Assembly (NCBI GenBank): GCA_032718475.1
Contig: JAUCBJ010005336.1
Location: forward strand, 1-42,791
Reading direction: 5' to 3'
Source: Nemertoderma westbladi
Lineage: Eukaryota > Animalia > Xenacoelomorpha
Length of the DNA: 42,791 nt
Of the stretch, positions 36,001-42,791 are shown piece by piece. The notes under the pieces were generated by a model. The model had not been told where the DNA came from and searched no databases. It was given only the letters and a program-made list of their open reading frames with translations. The translations under genes were made by a program, and so were the position numbers. Within the stretch, counting starts at the first letter, position 1, and each line of letters starts with the position of its first letter.

Positions 36001-39000
36001 TAACGATATTGAGCGCGTACTAGCTCCACTTTATCGAACTCACCATTACGCTAACGATATTGAGCGCGTACTAGCTCCACTTTATCGAACTCACCATTAC
36101 GCCAACGATATTGAGCGGGTACTAGCTCCACTTTATCGAACTCACCATTACGCTAACGATATTGAGCGCGTACTAGCTCCACTTTATCGAACTCAACTCA
36201 CCATTACGCTAACGATATTGAGCGCGTACTAGCTCCACTTTATCGAACTCACCATTACGCTAACGATATTGAGCGCGTAGTATCCGCACCTTCTGGCAAC
36301 CCGACAAGTTCCCCGTATTTCAGGATGGCCCTTCAGTTTATGTTTGTCTTCTACTTCTATCTCAGTTACCTGGGAAACAAATTAATCATATGATAGTTTA
36401 CTTAGATTTATTTATACATTATGTCAATACAATAATAATACACCAAACAATATAGGCCTATAGGTATTGCCCAACAACATAAGATAATCTACTCATAGTC
36501 CGAAGAATACAACCTTACTTTCATGCCAGATATTTTAATAAATTATAGTTTTATACAAAGATTTAGTGATTACTTTATAATAAATACCTTAACGTGTTTA
36601 AATATTTTGAAAGTGTGATTATCCATGAATCCATCTATCATGATACGACTGGCCTCTTGGTTGTGTCTTCGCAGTGTAATCTCATTGGCCCGTCTATCCG
36701 TTGTCACCGTGGCTGACAGGTCCTACCAATCAATAATATAAATCCTGTGTAGTTAGACTTTAATAATAATGCATTAGTTGGGTATGGTATGGTTTTACGC
36801 CTAGAACAGGACAACAAAAATACTACTTATCGGGCTGCTGCATTGCTGCTGCACATTGAAATCCGCATCTTCAAGGTCAGTGTCTTTTAAAAGGCATCTC
36901 AAAAACGTCATGGGATGTCCACCATGCTTACCATGCCTATTTTATCCATGAGGTTGCCAAAACACCACAAGATTGCGCGCCGGCTGAACCTCACGGCGAA
37001 AGAAATGTCCTGCGAAGCGGAGGCGGCTTTGTTCAAGTGTCAAGCTTGGGGGGACCAATGAGTCTAGTTGGAGATGAGCATTGTACTTGGCATATTGAAC
37101 CCGAAGTAGGTGCCATCCAGAGGTTTGGAGTCCTCAGCAATTAGAGATGCTCTTATCAAAAGCCTTGATCCAGCCCACTGTACTAACTACCGTGGACATA
37201 CATACCACCACCACCAATAAAATAAAAACTATCAAGGAATTAAATAACCCCCCGCCCCCCCCACCCCCTGGAATTTTGTGTAAAAGGTAAGATTGATTGT
37301 TAAAACTACTCTGATAGTAACTGATACTGTTAGTTTCATTATCATATCAGTACAAAAGTCCTTGTATCCTAGTTAAATACCAGAAGTAATAAAGTATAAG
37401 TCTATTTGTTACAGGTAGCGTGTGAGGGCTTTCCGTCAGGCATGCGCCTTAAGGTTAACCCGACACCGTTCACAGAAGTATATTTAAAATTTCTTTTAAA
37501 AATGACTTCACGTAATTAAATATAATAAAGTACTGAGTACTCAACGTCAAGAATAAAATATAAAAGTGGTATCCTTACTTTGTATTACAGTAAGTATAAA
37601 GTAAATATGTGACAATTGGATGAAATGTTTACCTGAAAATCAACCGGAAAGTGGTTCAATTCCATGTTTTCAAAGAAAACTCCTGCCACAGTCCATCTCA
37701 TTTCCGACCAAATTTCACCTCCTTGAAACATTACTGAATGTTGTACTGTATCCTTTCTTTTATATTCCATGTTAACTATAAAATAATAATATCGTGACCA
37801 TAGAGCCAGAACAACACATTTTTTTCAAAAAAAAATTTTTTCACCAAAATTACTCAAGATGGAGTTCCATATCTTATGTTAAAATCCTAGACTTGTATGT
37901 CAGTCCGTTTAGGAGATATGGAAAACCAGAACAACCCTCACAACATATAAGTTGAAAACAGTTAGAGGTAAAACAACACTTACCACACTTTTCTCCATCA
38001 TACTTTGCCAGGAAAAACACCATTCAATAGTCGAGGAATGACGTGAGTTCTTATGTTTCTGTGATAAAATCCTAGAGGTAAAACAACTCACACAGACTAG
38101 AGTTAATGTTAAATTTCAGTATGTGTTGTTTTGTCTCTTTGGAAAATAACGAAAAAAACAGTTTTTTTCATTAACAAAATTTATTCTGAATGCTAGCAGC
38201 CACTATTATAAAATGTGTCATTGTATCTTCCCAGACCTCTCTCGAAAAAATTAGGAGACGGGATCCATATAGAGGGAAATGAGAAGGTTTTTTGCATTTT
38301 TCTCGAAACCACATTTTTTGGTGAGTGTTGTTCTGGCTCTTTGGTCACGATATATAATAAAGCAAGTAACTGCAATGACATAAGCATTACCTGCTATTAT
38401 TAACACCTATGCGTACGACGTCACTTGTCAATTACAATTGATGATTTTAGCCTCACAGTATATCATATTATTATTATTATCGATGTGCCTTCTCAGTGAT
38501 ATAGCTTGTGCTCTCATTTTGTTTTGGGGGGAATTTTGTTCTGTGTAGTGGAAGATACGTTTGAAGATTCAATGTTATTAAAACCAATCTCTGGGCCATT
38601 GAATTAGAATGTGTTTGATCTAAATCTTACTCTGACAGGGCAGTGAATCGGTTTTATTAATGTACTGGTACTGCATGCATCCTGGGGCTGTTAGTTGTCA
38701 CACTCGTGTCATGCAATGTGCTTAGTTAGTTAGTGTTTAGGACCACTTTACAGGGTCAGAATGGGTCATTATAAGGGATTGATTTTACCTAGTTTCAACA
38801 TTGGGTCCCACATATCGGAACATGTGAGTTCATCGAATGATTTGCTGCCATCGACCAACATTTGTTGTAAATTGGGATCCTTCCACCGCGCTAGGATTAT
38901 AACCTCCGAGAAGAAGTGCTGCTGGAATGTAATGATGTTCCCTACCTTGTTGAAAATGAACCCAATTTCTACTGCAACCTGAAATACATATAAACACATC

Positions 39001-40681
39001 ACATAAGGATATCCCGGTCACAATAATAGTGATGTGAGTGTGGGGCGAGCCACGATAAGTCTAGGTGAGCCTATGCGTAGCGGTATAAATGTCTTTAAAA
39101 TGTTTGAACGATAATAAGTCAGTAAATCTTTGATGAAATCGAAATGGGACCAAACATCAAAGCCTACTTAAGGGGGGGGGGGGGGGGGGGGGGGGGGGGT
39201 ATACCCTCCTCAGGTAAAATTTTCAAATTGTTGTTTCTTTATTTCATCTAGAGCAGAATTTAATGAGGATTACAAATCTGAAAACCGCTTAGTGAGACCT
39301 CTTTCAGTTCTCGAGTTATCACTGTTTTTCCGTATGACGGTCTGTCCGTCAAATTGTAAGAAAGACAGAAGACCGACAGACAGACAGATAGACTAGATTC
39401 CACCAAAAAATAAAACCGACATCGGAAATGAAATCAGCGACCCCGAAAACCCCAGTAATGAACATTTTAGCTCGTTGGTGTGCATCCTTCGTGCCAGAAA
39501 TAATTAACCAACCAGAACACAGACAGCCAATTTTGGCGGGACGGTTTAAACTTTGAAGGGCATTTTCTCGGAATGACATTTTTCATTTTCAAATTACTAC
39601 TCCTCCGTCATTTTTCAACCAATTTTCTTCGTTTATGGCTCATTCGAACGAGCTTTGGAAGCTCTTTAAAAGTTATCTTATGGAATTTTGATAAATATTA
39701 CCATTTTTTCTAATTAGCCATTTTTAATTAAAAATATGATAATTAATTAATTAAATTAATTAATTAAAATAAAATTGGCTAATTAAAAATTCTATAAGAT
39801 AACTTTTGTAGAGTCGATCACGCTGAGTCCAAAAAAGTTGGTTTCTAGAAATTTGGACCAAAATTGAGGGACTAGTAGTAATTTTAGTGAAATCTTTAAT
39901 TCCGCCGCCAGCCGCTAGGGGGAGGTTACAAATTTTCAAATTTTACTAAAATGGCTATTTGGCCTCCCATACTACTACTACTACTAGGATCGGCATGCTG
40001 CATTGCAGCTGCATTTTTAAGAATGCTGTGCCGGCTTGTGTGGCCTCCCATACAGTGGTTGACCATGACAAAATAGCAATATTATCATTTAACACTAATT
40101 GAGAGCCATTTAAAAAAAAGGTTCATGGGTGGGTATACCCCCCCCCCCCCCCCCCCCCTTAATGCCTATTAAGTAGGCCTTGGTACACAACATGTACCAG
40201 TCTATCAAAGGTTAATAAATTATACACACAGACAGATTTCTATAGTCCCTCAGTCGGCATGAAGTCTCCCCTTTTGTACCTTTTATATATTTCCACTTGT
40301 TAGTAAATTAATGTCAGACAAGTTATCATTTTATAATAAATGAATTAAATCTTATTACATATTATAAATTTAATGACAACCCGTAGGTGGTACCGTATAT
40401 AACTTACTTTTACACTATAATAATACATATCCCACCTTAACTTCGTCAATAATACTCCCAATTCTGCGACTGAACAACCTCTCCAATTTAAGTTTGATTT
40501 TTTCATCACTCCTTCTGTTATTCTCATTCCTTGTTTGTTTCTCGAGACCCAAAGTAACCTCATTCCTAGCCTTTATGTTGTCCTTTATATTAAACGCAAA
40601 AAACTCTAAAAGCTCAGCCGCACTCGCCGTTCTGGCGTCAAATTTTCCCCGCAGAAAAGCAACCCTGCCAGTTATCGCCAT
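29829..40681 (-). CDS. Cys-less (Pro-loop) pentameric ligand-gated ion channel-like gene, 7 coding exons, about 407 aa
   Basis: join(40681-40436, 38978-38789, 37775-37633, 36722-36588, 36369-36253, 34294-34139, 30065-29829). All introns are GT-AG with phases 0,1,0,0,0,0 and no internal stop. Motifs: ARWKDP, WDPML, GVFFENMELNHFPVDFQDL (Pro-loop), VARRCGYY (pre-M1), RLANALTLLLT (M2), LPPVSYLTYMD (M2-M3), four hydrophobic helices. Confidence 0.9.
30157..30181 (+). repeat. poly(G) tract, 25 bp
   Basis: Direct reading; it lies next to the SINE tail. Confidence 0.9.
30201..34126 (-). mobile_element. tRNA-derived SINE (about 255 bp if collapsed) with a 3.7-kb internal minisatellite expansion
   Basis: On the minus strand: tRNA-like head GGCTGGGTATTTCAGTTGACTGAGCG (degenerate A box 34101-34119), B-box-like GGTTCAGCCCC (34054-34064), body GGTCCACTCAGCCTTTCATCC, then the array, then a hairpin tail GAGGAGCCTTCGGGTCGCCTC and a simple-repeat end TTTGCTTGCTTG. 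No clear TSD. Confidence 0.75.
30259..33966 (-). repeat. 36-bp minisatellite array B (about 103 units), intronic
   Basis: Plus-strand unit CGCTACTCCTATCTGCTACCCGAAGGTAGGGGTGGG. A 216-bp (6-unit) higher-order period is visible from TGTGAG variants at 32293, 32509 and 32725. Confidence 0.99.
34139..34294 (-). CDS. pLGIC-like gene exon 6 (M1 end, M2, M2-M3 loop)
   Basis: Acceptor TTTTTCACTTCTTCATAG; IMLLGVSLCCFAIPGYKVQYRLANALTLLLTCKYFKKAVSVKLPPVSYLTYM; donor GTGAGT. Confidence 0.92.
34352..34420 (-). mobile_element. Short tRNA/SINE-derived fragment
   Basis: B-box GGTTCGAGCCC (34383-34393, minus) followed by a T-rich stretch; no complete cloverleaf. Confidence 0.4.
34488..36279 (-). repeat. 51-bp minisatellite (about 35 units) made of an exon/5' splice-site junction
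   Basis: Minus-strand unit TACGCGCTCAATATCGTTAGCGTAATG|GTGAGTTCGATAAAGTGGAGCTAG. The first unit overlaps the last 27 nt of exon 5 (YALNIVSVM). Confidence 0.97.
36253..36369 (-). CDS. pLGIC-like gene exon 5 (end of extracellular domain, start of M1)
   Basis: Acceptor TTTCCCAG; VTEIEVEDKHKLKGHPEIRGTCRVARRCGYYALNIVSVM; donor GTGAGT at 36252-36247. Confidence 0.9.
36588..36722 (-). CDS. pLGIC-like gene exon 4
   Basis: TAG|DLSATVTTDRRANEITLRRHNQEASRIMIDGFMDNHTFKIFKHVK|GTATTT; 135 nt, phase 0/0. Confidence 0.88.
36821..37135 (-). mobile_element. Degenerate 3' end of an RTE-type LINE
   Basis: Minus-strand translation LDGTY...SRLRFAGHFFRREVQPARNLVVFWQPHG*NR..GGHPMTFLRCLLKDTDLED resembles the RTE ORF C-terminus. 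It ends in an AGTAGTA tail and carries stops and frameshifts. Confidence 0.75.
37633..37775 (-). CDS. pLGIC-like gene exon 3 (contains the Pro-loop FPVD)
   Basis: TTTTATAG|(V)NMEYKRKDTVQHSVMFQGGEIWSEMRWTVAGVFFENMELNHFPVDFQ|GTAAAC. Confidence 0.92.
37789..38353. mobile_element. 565-bp MITE / non-autonomous DNA transposon, superfamily unassigned
   Basis: 29-bp TIR ATATCGTGACCA(T/A)AGAGCCAGAACAACAC at 37789-37817 and 38325-38353 (one mismatch), in AT-rich flanks. Internal repeat TAGAGGTAAAACAAC occurs twice. Confidence 0.85.
38789..38978 (-). CDS. pLGIC-like gene exon 2
   Basis: GTATTTCAG|VAVEIGFIFNKVGNIITFQQHFFSEVIILARWKDPNLQQ...SDMWDPMLKL G|GTAAAA; 190 nt. Confidence 0.9.
39172..40158. mobile_element. 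987-bp non-autonomous DNA transposon, Kolobok-like
   Basis: TTAA on both sides (39168-39171, 40159-40162), termini G28-TATACCC and GGGTATA-C21 (5'-RR...YY-3'), and an internal imperfect palindrome of about 300 bp at 39591-39885. A second copy lies at 3677-4080. Confidence 0.8.
39973..40040 (-). mobile_element. 68-bp 5'-truncated retroelement insertion nested in the Kolobok-like element
   Basis: 13-bp TSD TGGCCTCCCATAC (39960-39972, 40041-40053) and a (TAG)n tail. Its 3' end GCTGCAATGCAGCATGCCGAT resembles that of the RTE fragment at 36821. Confidence 0.8.
40436..40681 (-). CDS. pLGIC-like gene, probable first coding exon (N-terminal extension)
   Basis: 82 codons MAITGRVAFL...GSIIDEVK|GTGGGA, phase 0 matching exon 2. 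An acceptor (TTTACTATTAG) 3 nt before the ATG implies a further upstream exon. No family motif in this exon. Confidence 0.65.
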
Positions 40682-42060
40682 TACCTAATAGTAAACATTA
40701 GTTCCAATCCCATCATCAATATCAATGTGTCTTAGCATCTTAGACTGATCTTACTAATAATTAATAAATTATAAATAGAACCATTTTAGAAAAACATTCA
40801 TTATACAGTAAAAATATTAGCTTTGTAATTATGGTAATAAAGTAGGCCTTTATTTAGTAAAGAACATACCATTGAAACTTACTGTATAAATTAATACATC
40901 TCCCTTAAAGGAAAGTAATTGGTGCAGATAAATTACCATATCGAAGGGTCACATGTACTTAACTTAGTCAATTAGCCACTAACTGCGGAAATTAGGAATT
41001 AATTTATGTATGAAGGGAGTGAAGTATGGAACAGTATATATATACTACTGTACCTGCTCAGGGTATCACTTCCACCTGCTACATAGCCACTCACGTACCT
41101 TTCGTTTAGGAACCTTGTTCGTAGTGTTACCATGACTACCAGTGAACCGATCCCGTTGTGTCGTTTTCGCCTTATCGTCTGGCTGGTTCAGTTACCTCAG
41201 CTAGGATTAGTGTAGCGAGATCTAATTGGCGACGTAGTTGTCTGATGAAGCTAATTTATCCAATCAAGGTCACGGAATGTTTCCTTTGATTTGATTATAA
41301 CACAACATTTTATAAAACCAGTAGGGCTGTGACCATTGTGTGGGTTAGGTAAACTTCATTGTGTGGAAATCATAGGGAATACTTTCTGCCCAAAATGAGA
41401 GAGATTTAAGGTTCATTAGGTTACTTATTTGGTGGACACAAGTGAATGAATAGGGAAACAGGGAACAATGAGGCGTATAAATTGGAATAAATTGCGGTTT
41501 GTTGCGTGGCCAGGGTTGTTATTCAACGAAACGCGGTATATTTAAGGTTCGACCTCACTCCTACTTCTTATCTTACTGGTTTTATTTTTCCTTTCATATT
41601 TTTGTTTGAGAATTTCCGATATTGCACCAGGAGGATATAGCCACACAGTCGTGTATTGCTAGTACCGTACCGATGACAACGTTCCAAGAATTCCAAATCT
41701 ACAACAAACTTGTGAATTTCGTTGTGAATTAGCGGAGTATATTATATAACTGGGTACGTAGGGCTCGGAGGACTCGCTTGCTTGTAAAGAGGAAAAATAG
41801 GCAGACGAATCCAGATGGAATGCATCCGCATAAACTCTGCAAATACTACATAAACGCAATGCAATTCAGTCTTCGTGCACCGCCGTCAGGCGTCAGATTA
41901 ACATTATTCTTAATAAACTTAGAACCATTACCCCCACTACACCCCCCCCCCCCCCCCTGGGTACGCCCCTGGAAATGTAGTCCATTGTCAGGATTGGAGT
42001 TTTAAATAATATAATACCCGAAAACTGTACTAAATCACTTCATATCACAGTATCAGTACT

Positions 42061-42737
42061 ACTACTACTAGGTCGAGCGAACTCGGACATAAAAGTTTCT
42101 TAGATTTAGTGTCTTTTTACATTTCAACAGGTTGGTTCTTCTTTCTTCTCTGTCTTCTGTTCCAGTAGCCAATTTATCGACCCCAGCCTGGTGTACCACT
42201 GAGGGACGCGGTCCTTGTTGACCCGGGCGACGACCGAGCCGGTATTTCTCCTGGAGGGTTCTCATACTCACTCATATCTTTCAGTTGCGGGAGTAAACCG
42301 CTTGTGGTCGCAACTCCTACAAGCGACTTCGAAGTAGGTCGCCGTTGGTTGATTATCTTCCGACGACCTTGTCATCATGTCTAGCCGTTGGTTGATTACC
42401 TTCCGCCTATCCATGGCCTAGAGCCCTGCTGCCGACTGTAGGGGTCATTTTGTTACACCTTGAACCAAGTGTGCCTCCTGGGTTAGGTTACCTAACACAT
42501 CCGGTATAGACAGGGCGGGGCGTGTATCATCTCTAATGCAGATGCGTATCAAGCCTTTGCCTTCAATGGTGCCCTAGGCGCTATAGCCCTCAATGACTTA
42601 CTTAGTTGACGGGGATAAAACCAACCCACTCTTGATCAACTAAATAATGAATAGGCTATGCTTATCGGGCCTGCCCTACTGGGCTGACAGCTACAGGTAA
42701 TGACAGCCACATTACTGCCATAGTGGTAGTGGACCTG
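42061..42737 (-). mobile_element. 677-bp internally deleted RTE-type retroelement (5' UTR plus ORF start fused to 3' tail)
   Basis: 17-bp TSD ATCACAGTATCAGTACT (42044-42060, 42738-42754) and a (TAG)n tail. The short ORF ending LLKCKKTLNLRNFYVRVRST* looks like the start of an RTE endonuclease joined directly to the ORF C-terminus. Confidence 0.82.
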
Positions 42738-42791
42738 ATCACAGTATCAGTACTGGAACAAAACAAAAGTATACGAGCTAGGCCTACCACC

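Noticed and set aside
4087-36279. CRISPR arrays
   Set aside because: Units are head-to-tail with no unique spacers, there are no cas genes, and the context is eukaryotic.
41092-41200. Additional upstream coding exon of the channel gene (donor AAG|GTACGT)
   Set aside because: The phase-0 frame has a stop upstream and no ATG; it could be a 5' UTR exon but cannot be supported.
41240-41270. Hammerhead ribozyme at CTGATGA
   Set aside because: No stem II followed by GAAA, and no matching stems.

Overview
Animal (invertebrate-type) genomic DNA, not prokaryotic. About 70% of the window is five long minisatellite arrays of four unrelated units: 36 bp twice in opposite orientation, 38 bp over 17 kb, 49 bp and 51 bp. 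Two protein-coding genes are well supported, both on the minus strand. One is an intronless paxillin/leupaxin-family gene (LD-like motifs plus 4 LIM domains, 27232-29061) with a TATA box and Kozak start. The other is a 7-coding-exon Cys-less 'Pro-loop' pentameric ligand-gated ion channel gene (about 407 aa, 40681 to 29829), which the ORF track shows only in fragments; I reconstructed it by hand with consistent GT-AG sites and phases. Two arrays have identifiable origins. The 51-bp array is about 35 tandem copies of an exon/5' splice-site junction of the channel gene, and the 36-bp arrays are internal expansions of a UUCG-hairpin segment of a tRNA-derived SINE. Also present are a TTAA-flanked Kolobok-like element with homopolymer TIRs, two MITEs and three RTE-type retroelement derivatives, one an internally deleted 677-bp copy with a 17-bp TSD. 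The long ORFs inside the 36-bp arrays are judged artefacts. Family assignments rest on motif recognition from memory, not on database searches.
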